A stretch of DNA of 61,418 nucleotides from contig JAALKR010000010.1 of the NCBI GenBank assembly GCA_011087955.1, forward strand, positions 1-61,418. The letters are read 5' to 3'. Positions 48,864 to 58,396 of the stretch are shown piece by piece (position 1 is the first letter of the stretch; every line of letters begins with the position of its first letter). This DNA comes from Oligoflexia bacterium (GTDB lineage Bacteria; Bdellovibrionota; UBA1018; CAIPTA01; JAALKR01). A program made the translations under genes and the position numbers. A model generated the notes under the pieces. That model searched no databases, was not told the DNA's origin, and worked only from the letters and a program-made list of their open reading frames with translations.

Positions 48864-49841
48864 CTAGGCAGTTCCTGACTGGTTTGTTTTTTCGATAAAA
48901 AAATTTTCAAATTTAATCTGTTCAATATTTATCTGGTAGAGGCGAATTTTTTCAATCAGGGTAACCTTTGAAATTTGTATGGCGCGCGCCGTTTGGTTAA
49001 TTTTGCCATTGAAGCGCTTCAACATTGCCATAAGATAGGCTTTTTCAAACTGTGCTTTAGCGTCCTGAAATAGCAGTGGAAATTCAGAGATTTGATTTCT
49101 GCTACGGTGTAAGACGTCACCACTATATGCAGGAAGGTTTTCTACTTCGATCGTTTGACTCTCACAAAGGGTCACGGCAAATTCTAAACAGTTTTTGAGC
49201 TCCCGTAGATTCCCCGGCCACGTATGCTCCATTAATTTTCGCCGAGCTTGATCACTTAAAATATATTGCTGGCTATTTAATTTTCCGTGTTGCTTGAGAA
49301 AAAAGTCTATCCAATATTTCAGGCGTACGAAGTCATTTGCAATATCCGGGAGCGTGGTAGAAAAAATTTGAATTCGGAAGTAGAGGTCCTCGCGGAACTC
49401 ACCTTTGAGGACCATGTCTTTCAGATTTCGATTGGTGGCTGCGATAATTCGTACATCTAAATCAATCACACGATTGCTGCCAACGGGAGTCATTGTTTTG
49501 CTGTAGAGAATATCTAATAATTTTGTCTGCATTGGTAAACTTAGTTCACCAATCTCATCTAGAAAAATGGTGCCGCCTTGGGCCATTTCAAACTTACCAA
49601 TACGTTTTTGATGGGCACTGGAAAAGGCTCCTTTTTCATGACCGAATAACTCGCTCTCGAAGAGGTTTTCATTGAGCGTGCCTAGGTTGACGCTAATAAA
49701 TGGCTTTTGCTTTCTTTGGCTGGCTTCATGAATCTTTCGAGCCAAATGAGTTTTACCTGTTCCAGTGGACCCTAGAATTAAAATAGTCCCTGTACCTGGC
49801 GCGACTTTTCGAAGTAATAATTCCTTGTTTAGTTCCTGCAT
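48864..49841 (-). CDS. sigma54-dependent activator (AAA+ + HTH) lacking an N-terminal regulatory domain
   Basis: GSTGTGKT, ESELFGHEKGAFSSA, FLDEIGEL, AATNRNL, FREDLYFR, WPGNLREL, C-terminal Fis-type HTH. Confidence 0.92.
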   Translation of the reverse strand: MQELNKELLLRKVAPGTGTILILGSTGTGKTHLARKIHEASQRKQKPFISVNLGTLNENLFESELFGHEKGAFSSAHQKRIGKFEMAQGGTIFLDEIGELSLPMQTKLLDILYSKTMTPVGSNRVIDLDVRIIAATNRNLKDMVLKGEFREDLYFRIQIFSTTLPDIANDFVRLKYWIDFFLKQHGKLNSQQYILSDQARRKLMEHTWPGNLRELKNCLEFAVTLCESQTIEVENLPAYSGDVLHRSRNQISEFPLLFQDAKAQFEKAYLMAMLKRFNGKINQTARAIQISKVTLIEKIRLYQINIEQIKFENFFIEKTNQSGTA

Positions 49842-49884
49842 AATATCCTCCCCCTATACGATCCAGTATATAGCAATATTTTAA

Positions 49885-49901
49885 TGTGCTTATAAAGCAC
49901 A
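49885..49901. promoter_or_regulatory. Perfect 7-3-7 palindrome, candidate operator
   Basis: TGTGCTT-ATA-AAGCACA upstream of the activator gene. Confidence 0.5.
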
Positions 49902-49965
49902 AAAAACATTGATTTTTGTATTAAAAACCATACAAGATTTAATCTCCTGCAAATTTCCATGATTA

Positions 49966-50976
49966 TTAGTCATACAGTTTTTTGATCTGCATTTGCAACC
50001 AAGGAGCAAGATCTTCCCTGGAATCAGCAATTGTCACTCCGGCCATTTCGGTCAATCCGATTGCCGTAAGGGCAGTACGAGGATTTAGATCTGCTCCTTG
50101 TATATAAATCCATGTACGTTTTGAGTTTTGTGCACCAGTCTTTATAAAATGCTGAAAAAATATATCAATACGGGGAGGTAACGGCATTGCCACTACACCG
50201 AAATCAATTGCTAGAATAGAGTGTTTCATTTGCTCAGCGGAGCGAATAATGTCTTCTAAGCTGGCAATTATGTCTACCTCACAATAACGGCTTTCAATCT
50301 TGCCTTTGACCATTTTTGCGAAGTTACTACTGGGACTATATAATGCTACATGCTCTGGAATTAGATCAACATAGGTTATGCGTTGGCCGACGACATTCTC
50401 AAAAATTGGCTGTGGAATCAGTATTGTAAGCTTTTCTTTTGTATATGGCTCTAGTGTCAAAGTAGATAGCCACACAATATATTCTTTCTTTGAGATGAAG
50501 AACTCTTCAGAAATTTTATCATCAGGAAATAAATTTTTTTCGAAGTTCATGACCAGATGGAGGTTAGTGCTGGATAGATGGCGAATAGAACGATCGAGTG
50601 CGCCAGTGAATTGATTGCTAATCTCATCGAACGCATCTGCAGTAATATTTAGAAACTCTTGGGATTCAATTTTCGATTTAATTACTGATTCAGACTGTTG
50701 CCGAAGATAACTACCAAGAACAATTGCTGAATTAAATTCAAAAAACATATAGATTTTATCATTGGGCTTGTTCTCAATGTCAATATTGACGATAACGGAC
50801 TTTTTTTTATAAACCCTTAAGTAAGTGGCGATGGGCATTGAGAAGGCTTCAAATGGCGCCAATTTTATGGAATTTCCCATCAATATAAGCTGCAGGATGT
50901 TCTCTAGCTCAGTAGCTAACCTTTGCGAAAGCTCTTGGTTTTGTTTCGTAGGAGTTATTCGAATCGGTGGGAGCAT
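49966..50976 (-). CDS. CheC/CheX-like phosphatase-fold protein with a degenerate C-terminal receiver-like domain
   Basis: DAFDEISNQFTG (D-x3-E-x2-N) motif; translationally coupled to cheY. Confidence 0.65.
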   Translation of the reverse strand: MLPPIRITPTKQNQELSQRLATELENILQLILMGNSIKLAPFEAFSMPIATYLRVYKKKSVIVNIDIENKPNDKIYMFFEFNSAIVLGSYLRQQSESVIKSKIESQEFLNITADAFDEISNQFTGALDRSIRHLSSTNLHLVMNFEKNLFPDDKISEEFFISKKEYIVWLSTLTLEPYTKEKLTILIPQPIFENVVGQRITYVDLIPEHVALYSPSSNFAKMVKGKIESRYCEVDIIASLEDIIRSAEQMKHSILAIDFGVVAMPLPPRIDIFFQHFIKTGAQNSKRTWIYIQGADLNPRTALTAIGLTEMAGVTIADSREDLAPWLQMQIKKLYD

Positions 50977-51341
50977 TACTTACCAAAAAACTGATTTAAA
51001 ACATCTTTTAGTTGCTTTGCAGAGAATGGCTTAGTGAGAACTTTATGTGCTCCGGCGTCAATCATTTTTTGCTGCATCTTAGGGGAGCTTTCCGTCGTAA
51101 TCATAACGACAGGAAGGCTTTTAAACTTTTCTCTAATCACCTTTACTAACTCAATGCCATCAATCTCAGGCATGTTTACGTCCGATAGAACTAAATCAAT
51201 GTCTCCTTTGGCTATTGCTGCCAAGGCCTCTTTGGCGCTAGCAGCCTCTACCAGGTCAAGTTTCGTGTACCCAGCCTGTCGTAACAATTTGGCCATCATC
51301 ATGCGCATGGTTTCCGAGTCGTCTACTACAATGATTTTCAT
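50976..51341 (-). CDS. cheY: CheY-like response regulator
   Basis: VVDDS, SDVNMP, MITTE, TKPF. Confidence 0.92.
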   Translation of the reverse strand: MKIIVVDDSETMRMMMAKLLRQAGYTKLDLVEAASAKEALAAIAKGDIDLVLSDVNMPEIDGIELVKVIREKFKSLPVVMITTESSPKMQQKMIDAGAHKVLTKPFSAKQLKDVLNQFFGK

Positions 51342-51386
51342 ACTTCCACCGAAAATTAAATTACATTGCCTTTACATATTCTACAA

Positions 51387-51414
51387 TAAACTTTTACGCT
51401 CCTCTATCCGATAG
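51387..51414 (+). promoter_or_regulatory. sigma28-like promoter upstream of the MCP gene
   Basis: TAAA-N16-TCCGATAG. Confidence 0.55.
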
Positions 51415-51431
51415 ATTAGACAGAGCATATT

Positions 51432-53279
51432 ATGTGGACCAAGTTTCTTAAGGACAGCTATGGAGTCTATTTCTGGGAACGTATCGGATTCCGGATAGCG
51501 ATTGGGTTTTTAGTACCTATAGGCTTTAATGTGTACACCTTAATATCCGTTGCCGGGTTTTCTGGCCTGCATACTGGAATCTTTTCTGAGTCCATGGAGA
51601 AGAAAGAATGGGTTACTCAAAAGTGGACAAACGTCCATGCCCACGAACTAGAATATCATGTGAAGATCTTCGAATCGAAATACGAAGTGGCGCGTTATTT
51701 AGGCTCGGATAACGATGCTTCTGTACGCCACAAGGCAATGCGCTTATTGAAAGAGGTCGAGCAAGGTATTCGTAACGCTCAAGCACTCTCGGGAGATAGT
51801 CAAAGACCAGAGTCAATGAAAATTTATATGGCGATTTTTACGCAAATTGAAGATTATAGCGGATATTTGTATCAGCTTGGGGAGCGTAGAAAGAGCGACA
51901 AAAAGATTTCACGAAAAGAGCGAGAAAGTATTCGTCGTAGAATGCTTCTCCTAAGTGATGGGCTAGAACAGGCGGTTCAACGGCTTACAGTACGATTTGA
52001 AGCGCTTGAGCTTCAGGATCAGGACAGTATCAAAGCTAGCTTCTCTCAGATATTAAATGGCTTGCAGCTAATGCTTCTCGTTACAATTTTTCTAGGATTA
52101 ACAGCAGTTCTCCTTGTTACGTGGAATGTTACAAGGCCAATGAAGCTTGTGGTTGATCATTTCCGCGATATTGTTACGGGTGAGGGAGGTCTTACAAAAC
52201 GAGTATCGGTCCGTGCAGTCGGCGAAATGGCGGAAATTTCTCGCTCAATGAACGATTTCCTGGATAAAACTTATGCAATTGTTTCGACCATTCGTGATGC
52301 TTCACAAATTATTGCTAGCAGTGTTAGTGAAGTAAAAGAGAATACAGACTCCACAGCTCTTTCTGCAATAGAGATCAATCGCAATATGATGACACAGTCG
52401 ATGAATCTTGAGGATTGCTCGGTGTCAGTCTCTCGGATTGATGAACTATTGCATTCCTCAGATGAGAGTTCGCGTCAAGCCGCATCTTTGTCTAGATTGG
52501 CAATGGAGCGTGCTTTGAGGGGAGGCGGCTCCGTTCAAGAAACCGTTCAAGCGATGGGAAAAATTGAGGAGTCTGCTACTAAGGTTGACGTTCTTGTGTC
52601 GACGATTAATGGACTTGCGACACAAACAAACTTGCTTGCGATTAATGCGGCTATTGAGGCTTCGAAGGCGGGTGAGCATGGCAAGGGCTTTGCAGTTGTT
52701 GCGGAAGAGGTTAGAAAGCTAGCAGCACGGACTGGAAAACTAACTGGTGAAGTAAATGACTTAATTTCAGAAACTAGCGAGCGAGTAAAAGTCGGATCAG
52801 AGTTAGCTCGAGGCGCGGGCGTGGCTCTGGATGGTGTCATAAAGGATGTTGAAGCGGTGGCTTCCTTAATTCAGCGAATTGCTAATGCCTCTACGAAGCA
52901 GGCAGAATCTTCATCCAGATTTTTAGATGCGATTCAGAAAATAAACTCTGCAGTTCGGGATAATTTAGGTTCTATGCAGTTCGTGACCCGAGGTGCGGAA
53001 GTTGTCGATCAAGAAATTCAGAATCTTGAAGGAATGGTTAGCCGGCTAAACAATTTAGTAAATCAATTTCACCTACAGGACTACAGCTATGCCGAATATG
53101 GTAAAGATAGTAAGCCAGGATTGGCTCGCATCCCTGTAACAGAACCCGATAGCATGTTTATCGATGAAGCTAATGGCAGCAACGACGGCGATGATAACTT
53201 CTTTTCTGTAGAAGAACTCAAAGCACAGAAAAATTCAGTCGACTCAGATGAATTCGATGGAAAAGGAAATGCTGCATGA
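51432..53279 (+). CDS. Methyl-accepting chemotaxis protein
   Basis: Two TMs, HAMP domain, QTNLLAINAAIEASKAGEHGKGFAVVAEEVRKLA. Confidence 0.96.
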   Translation: MWTKFLKDSYGVYFWERIGFRIAIGFLVPIGFNVYTLISVAGFSGLHTGIFSESMEKKEWVTQKWTNVHAHELEYHVKIFESKYEVARYLGSDNDASVRHKAMRLLKEVEQGIRNAQALSGDSQRPESMKIYMAIFTQIEDYSGYLYQLGERRKSDKKISRKERESIRRRMLLLSDGLEQAVQRLTVRFEALELQDQDSIKASFSQILNGLQLMLLVTIFLGLTAVLLVTWNVTRPMKLVVDHFRDIVTGEGGLTKRVSVRAVGEMAEISRSMNDFLDKTYAIVSTIRDASQIIASSVSEVKENTDSTALSAIEINRNMMTQSMNLEDCSVSVSRIDELLHSSDESSRQAASLSRLAMERALRGGGSVQETVQAMGKIEESATKVDVLVSTINGLATQTNLLAINAAIEASKAGEHGKGFAVVAEEVRKLAARTGKLTGEVNDLISETSERVKVGSELARGAGVALDGVIKDVEAVASLIQRIANASTKQAESSSRFLDAIQKINSAVRDNLGSMQFVTRGAEVVDQEIQNLEGMVSRLNNLVNQFHLQDYSYAEYGKDSKPGLARIPVTEPDSMFIDEANGSNDGDDNFFSVEELKAQKNSVDSDEFDGKGNAA

Positions 53280-53764
53280 GGATCTACCGTCGAGAGCTAT
53301 TTATTTTTGATATAGGAGGTGTACCGCTGGCGTTGCGAATGGAAGACGTTGAGTATATTTTGCCAGCTAGTGAAATTACATCAGTTCCAAAGACTGCTCA
53401 ATTTGTTCTAGGATTGGCTGCTGTTCGCGGAAAAATTATGAGTGTGATCGATGGAGGACTACGTTTGAGGATTCAGCGTCAAGGTACAAGCTATTTTGTG
53501 GTTTGCCATGTTCGAGGTAATACGACGGCTGTACTAATCAACCGGCCCCTTGAAGCAAAGAATCTTTCGGTAAAAAAAATAGAGTCAAGTGATGTAGAGC
53601 GCATTCTTGCTCGACATAAGCTAAATCCGAAAATGTTTTCTGCTGCTTGGGAAATACTTAAAAAAAAGGACAGCCACTGGAGTGAGACTGGGCGAAAATT
53701 TCTGGAAATCAATACGGATCAGTTTGTAAGCGATCAAATGGCATCGAAGATCATAGTTGGTTAG
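53276..53764 (+). CDS. cheW: CheW coupling protein
   Basis: ITSVPKTAQFVLGLAAVRGKIMSVID. Confidence 0.88.
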   Translation: MRIYRRELFIFDIGGVPLALRMEDVEYILPASEITSVPKTAQFVLGLAAVRGKIMSVIDGGLRLRIQRQGTSYFVVCHVRGNTTAVLINRPLEAKNLSVKKIESSDVERILARHKLNPKMFSAAWEILKKKDSHWSETGRKFLEINTDQFVSDQMASKIIVG

Positions 53765-53772
53765 GATGAACA

Positions 53773-55419
53773 ATGACTATTGTTGATCCAATAATTTTTA
53801 ATGCCTTTCTAAACGAATCCAAAGAGGCAGTAGAGTCCTTGGAAGCAGATTTAGTTAAACTTGAAAGCGATTTAGAAAATAAAAATTTGATTAACTCTGT
53901 CTTTCGTAGCCTTCATACAATTAAAGGAAACGCTAGCTTTTTAGATTTGGACAATATTACAACCGTTGCTCATGAAGCCGAGACTCTATTGGATGAGGTG
54001 CGCTCAGGAAAACGGAAGATAAATCAAACGAGCATTGATTTAGTTTATTCAGTAGTTGATGTACTTCAGGAAATGCTTGAAGATCCAGAGATGGCGCAAG
54101 CAATTAAATCTGTCAATGTGCTTAAGGTTGAAGAGTCTAAGATTGAGCACATAGTTTCATTAGTACATGAGTTAGAATTACTGCGTTACTCGATGGAGAA
54201 ATTGCCAGCGCAGTTAGAAGGTGAAAGAGGAGATATAAGCGAAGGGCTTTTTAATCTAGAGCTTGCTACGTCGAAAGCTTCTAGGATTACAAGTGAACTA
54301 GGAGCAATCGTCTTTGGCGCACGTCTAGTTCCTGTGAATAACGTCTTTCGCCGCTTTCCAAGAATTGTGCGAGAATTAGCCAAGAAGCTGGACAAAAAAA
54401 TTGAATTAAAAGTGTTGAATGGATCTGCAAAACTCGATAAGTCGATTGTGGAGGCCATTGCTGATCCGATGACTCATTTGATTCGAAACGCTGTAGACCA
54501 TGGCGTGGAATCCCCAGAAAATCGCCAGGCTAAGGGCAAGAAGCAACAAGGCACTATTACACTCAATTCATTTGTAGATGGAAACCTAGTAGTTATTGAA
54601 ATCAAGGACGATGGTAAAGGAATGGATCCGGATCTAATTTTATATCAGGCTGCAGAGAAGGGGATTATTTTTCGAGGCAAAGAGAATACAATGTCAGATA
54701 GCGAGAAATTAGGTCTTATTTTCGCTCCTGGGTTTTCAACAGCAGAACAGGTCACAGATATTTCAGGCCGTGGCGTCGGAATGGATGTAGTAAAATCAAA
54801 TATCAATAAATTAAAGGGCATGGTGCAGATTGAATCAACACTTGGCATTGGCACGACAATTCAATTGCGTTTCCCTTTTTCAGTGGTTGTAGCCAGCTGT
54901 TTATATGTTTATATCGATGAAGTGTGCTATGCGATTCCGTTGTCTCAGATGGAAGAATCGATTCATATCGCTAAGGGGGAACTGTTCACCCAATCGCCAC
55001 AGCGATTGAAGTCAGGTGAGGAGGCAATGGCTGTTTACTCGTTACAAGAACTATTGACTGGAAAATTTCAAATCAAGCAAGGGATTAAGGAACTACCAGC
55101 AGTAAGAGTACGTCGAAAAGATGGTAGGTTGATTGCTCTAATTGTTGATGAGTTCTCAATTATGGAAGAAGCAGTCATTCATTCCGTGGATTCCTATATT
55201 TCTTCCATTCCAGGTATTCAAGGTGGAGTAATTCGAAGAGACGGCTTGGTCTCTATCGCACTATCAATAGATTCTCTATTGGAAACAACATTCAAGAAAA
55301 TTCCGTTGGCCTATGCTGTAAATAAAGAGCGAAAGCACCCCGAAATTACGGACCTGCAAAAACTTATTGAAGATGCAAGAGAGATCACTGATGGAGTTTT
55401 AGATTTTAAACTTTCTTAA
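53773..55419 (+). CDS. cheA: Compact CheA histidine kinase (no P2 domain)
   Basis: FRSLHTIKG, HLIRNAVDHGVE, DDGKG, FAPGFSTA, SGRGVGMDVV, C-terminal CheW-like domain. Confidence 0.95.
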   Translation: MTIVDPIIFNAFLNESKEAVESLEADLVKLESDLENKNLINSVFRSLHTIKGNASFLDLDNITTVAHEAETLLDEVRSGKRKINQTSIDLVYSVVDVLQEMLEDPEMAQAIKSVNVLKVEESKIEHIVSLVHELELLRYSMEKLPAQLEGERGDISEGLFNLELATSKASRITSELGAIVFGARLVPVNNVFRRFPRIVRELAKKLDKKIELKVLNGSAKLDKSIVEAIADPMTHLIRNAVDHGVESPENRQAKGKKQQGTITLNSFVDGNLVVIEIKDDGKGMDPDLILYQAAEKGIIFRGKENTMSDSEKLGLIFAPGFSTAEQVTDISGRGVGMDVVKSNINKLKGMVQIESTLGIGTTIQLRFPFSVVVASCLYVYIDEVCYAIPLSQMEESIHIAKGELFTQSPQRLKSGEEAMAVYSLQELLTGKFQIKQGIKELPAVRVRRKDGRLIALIVDEFSIMEEAVIHSVDSYISSIPGIQGGVIRRDGLVSIALSIDSLLETTFKKIPLAYAVNKERKHPEITDLQKLIEDAREITDGVLDFKLS

Positions 55420-55666
55420 CTATGTGAGAACTGCTTTCGTTTCTGTGGCTGTCGATAGTTCTCTTCCTAACTCTCGAATTATATCTGCCGCGGCCGAAAC
55501 CGGCGATTGTTTGCCAATGAGACTCATTCGGCAATTCATTAGTCAATTGGTCTGGTCCCAAATCCGTCCATTGCAAGTGGGGAAAAAATTGGTTGTTGGG
55601 CACTAACCGAACCAGTTTGATTCTTATATTCCAGAGATGCCTCGGGGGCTTTAACAAAGCACTCAC
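55406..55666 (-). CDS. Possible small hypothetical protein (86 aa)
   Basis: GTG start overlapping the TGA of the upstream reductase (GTGA); fills the intergenic gap. Confidence 0.4.
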   Translation of the reverse strand: MSALLKPPRHLWNIRIKLVRLVPNNQFFPHLQWTDLGPDQLTNELPNESHWQTIAGFGRGRYNSRVRKRTIDSHRNESSSHIVKKV

Positions 55667-56706
55667 GATTTTGCCATGACGCTTGTGGAGTGACCTGGAA
55701 AAGCTTTTGCTTTTGGGTCGATAAAACACTTCGCATAGTTTGATGCAATAGCTGCTTCCCCTACACCGGTGGCGATGAGTTTGAGTTTTGCTTCGTGGTG
55801 ACAAACATCTCCCGCAGCGAAGACGCCGGGAAGGTTTGTCTCCATTTTTTCGTTTACCACAATAGAGTTCTTCTTCATCTCAATACCGGCGTCTTTGACA
55901 AAATCTAACTTGGCGACATAGCCGAGACAAATAATAACTTCGTCAACGTCTAAATCCTTGAATGTCTTTTCGATATTGTGTTCAAGTTTGCAGCGCAGTC
56001 GTTTCTTGCCGTCCTCGTTGTATTCTTCAATGGAGCGTAGCTCGTGGTTCTTTAAAATATTCGCGCCAGTGGCCGCAATCATATCTACAGTTGCTTCATG
56101 AGCGGTAAATCTAGACCCACGGTGAATCTGTGTTGTCGACCTCGCCAAGGAGTTACCGCCCTCCCCCTTCTCGGCCATTGCTAAAGTCCAATCGGCTGCC
56201 GAGTCGCCGCCACCAATTACCAAAACATCTTTTCTACGATAAAAATCTAGAGGTTTTAAAATGTAATGCACGTTTTGTCCAATTCGCTCATCCAGTCCAT
56301 CGATCTCTAGTTTTCGTGGACGAAAAGCACCCATACCCAGCGCAAGCATGACTGTTTTTGTTCGAATAGGCTCAGAGTCTTCGGTGGCTAGCTCCCAATA
56401 TTCCAAATTTTCTTGATTTGGAACTGCTTTCATCGATGTTACTCTCGTATTTAGCGTTATCTCCGCTTCGGCCGACTTGGCTTGTTCGAGTAGATCGTCG
56501 GCCAACTTCTTTGCTCGAACGACCGGGAATCCAGGCATATCGTAAATATTTTTTTCTGGATATAGGGCATTTAATTGACCGCCAACCTGCGGCAGAGAGT
56601 CGATCAAGTTAATGGACATTTTTCGCATTCCAGCATAGAAAACGCCAAAGAGTCCAACTGGACCCGCACCAATAACTGTAATATCGTAAGGCTTCTTTTC
56701 GGACAT
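55663..56706 (-). CDS. Ferredoxin--NADP+ reductase, TrxB/YumC type
   Basis: GAGPVG, GGQL.ALYPEKNIYD, GGGDSAADW (no CxxC), AAGD, LKLIATG. Confidence 0.92.
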   Translation of the reverse strand: MSEKKPYDITVIGAGPVGLFGVFYAGMRKMSINLIDSLPQVGGQLNALYPEKNIYDMPGFPVVRAKKLADDLLEQAKSAEAEITLNTRVTSMKAVPNQENLEYWELATEDSEPIRTKTVMLALGMGAFRPRKLEIDGLDERIGQNVHYILKPLDFYRRKDVLVIGGGDSAADWTLAMAEKGEGGNSLARSTTQIHRGSRFTAHEATVDMIAATGANILKNHELRSIEEYNEDGKKRLRCKLEHNIEKTFKDLDVDEVIICLGYVAKLDFVKDAGIEMKKNSIVVNEKMETNLPGVFAAGDVCHHEAKLKLIATGVGEAAIASNYAKCFIDPKAKAFPGHSTSVMAKS

Positions 56707-56725
56707 AAATCCTTTATTTTATATC

Positions 56726-57364
56726 ATGGAGACTCAAGGATTGAAAGGTTGGTTCATTAGTCTAGAAGGGGGCGAAGGCACCGGAAAGTCGACACAGATT
56801 GCAGTGTTGGCCGAGGCGTTATCCGCCCAGGGGCTATCCGTTGTGGTCACTCGTGAACCAGGTGGTTCACCGAAGGCAGACCTAATTCGAAGCTTAATCT
56901 TGGACGACCGCATGGTTGGTTTAAATTCAATGGCTGAGCTCATGTTGTACGAAGCTAGTCGCGCGCAACATATTGCTGAGACAATTCGTCCCGCCTTAGA
57001 ATCAGGAAAGATTGTGCTTTGTGATCGTTTTGCTGATTCCTCGATTGTTTATCAGGGAGGGGCCAGAGGTTTGGGCCTCAAATTAGTCGATGAGGCGAAC
57101 CGAATTGCGACCCAAGGTTTGGAACCGGACTTAACTTTATTTTTTGATTTAGATCCGCTCGTTGGTCTGGAGCGAATCGGTTCCCGAGGCGTTATTGATC
57201 ACATGGAGCGGGAGCGCTTAGAGTTTCATACCATGGTATACGAAGGATATAAGCGTTTAGCTCAAGAGAACCTAGTGCGTATAAAATCTATAGACGCCAG
57301 TAAAACTCGAGAAGAGATCTCAGAAGATATTCTCAAGATTGTTTTAAAGAAAATTAAGGATTGA
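56726..57364 (+). CDS. tmk: Thymidylate kinase
   Basis: EGGEGTGKST, TREPGG, CDRFADSSIVYQG. Confidence 0.97.
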   Translation: METQGLKGWFISLEGGEGTGKSTQIAVLAEALSAQGLSVVVTREPGGSPKADLIRSLILDDRMVGLNSMAELMLYEASRAQHIAETIRPALESGKIVLCDRFADSSIVYQGGARGLGLKLVDEANRIATQGLEPDLTLFFDLDPLVGLERIGSRGVIDHMERERLEFHTMVYEGYKRLAQENLVRIKSIDASKTREEISEDILKIVLKKIKD

Positions 57365-57373
57365 GAATTTAGG

Positions 57374-58396
57374 ATGCAAAGGCGAGAAGAGTTAGTTAAA
57401 CGATTGCTTGCTTCTGAGTGTTCTGGAAGAGGCCATCACGCCTATCTATTGTCGGGACCTGCGGGGGCTGGCCTGCAATCCGTTATAGAACAACTATCGG
57501 CATATTGGATGGCAGGTACCGATGCAAGCTTTCAATTAACGCGGTCAAAGATTCAACAGCGTATTCACCCCGATTTCATTTGGATTCAGCCGGAAGGGCG
57601 CACATTAAAAGTGGACGAGATTCGAGGTTTGCCAAGGCAATTAAGCTATGCTCCTTTGGAGGCTAAAAAGCGCGTTATCGTGCTTTCCGATGCGGAGAAA
57701 ATGTCCGTGTCTGCGGCGAATGCATTGCTGAAGTCTTTGGAAGAGCCACCGGATTCGGCTCGTTTTGTGTTGCTTGTGGAAGATGTCAATCGTGTACTAG
57801 AGACGATTCGATCTCGTTGCCAGTTGGTACGAGTACCGGCAATGCTTCGGGAAGATATTGCTAAGGAGCTTAGAAATCAATTTCCCTCCTTTGAAGAACA
57901 TCAGGTTCTGGAGGCTGCAGCATTGGCTAGCGGCTCTCAGTCGAGGGCCGAGGCTTATCTGGAGAGCGATGAAGATCAAAAGCTTGTCCATCGTTCGTTA
58001 ACGGCCCTGTTAAAGTCTTGGCAAAATCCATACATGGTACCGTCATCGGTTTTTCCATTTTTGGAAGCCACTAAGCGCTTTGACCAAGCCAGCCTTATTT
58101 TACAAGCCTGGACTGGACAGTTATCGGATTTAATGCGCATTCGTGAATCAAAGCGATTAGGGTTACAATATGAAGATAATGAACTCGTCTTTGCTCGCCA
58201 TCGAAATGTGGTCGAAGGAATTGTCGAATCGGAAGGTGTGGGTTCGCCACGATTGCAGGTGATTCTCGATCGCTCCGAGCAGATCGCAACGGCGTTGCGA
58301 GCTTTAGATGGGAATGCTAATGTGCGTTTGTTGTTGACTACCTTATTTATAGAATTGCAAGCTAGACATGTACGAGAAGGATCGATTCAGCTTTAG
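57374..58396 (+). CDS. holB: DNA polymerase III delta' subunit
   Basis: HAYLLSGP, HPDF, AANALLKSLEEPP, TIRSRC; follows tmk. Confidence 0.92.
   Translation: MQRREELVKRLLASECSGRGHHAYLLSGPAGAGLQSVIEQLSAYWMAGTDASFQLTRSKIQQRIHPDFIWIQPEGRTLKVDEIRGLPRQLSYAPLEAKKRVIVLSDAEKMSVSAANALLKSLEEPPDSARFVLLVEDVNRVLETIRSRCQLVRVPAMLREDIAKELRNQFPSFEEHQVLEAAALASGSQSRAEAYLESDEDQKLVHRSLTALLKSWQNPYMVPSSVFPFLEATKRFDQASLILQAWTGQLSDLMRIRESKRLGLQYEDNELVFARHRNVVEGIVESEGVGSPRLQVILDRSEQIATALRALDGNANVRLLLTTLFIELQARHVREGSIQL

Noticed and set aside
55424-55606. 60-aa + strand ORF after cheA
   Set aside because: No RBS or recognisable motif; the opposite-strand coupled ORF is the better candidate
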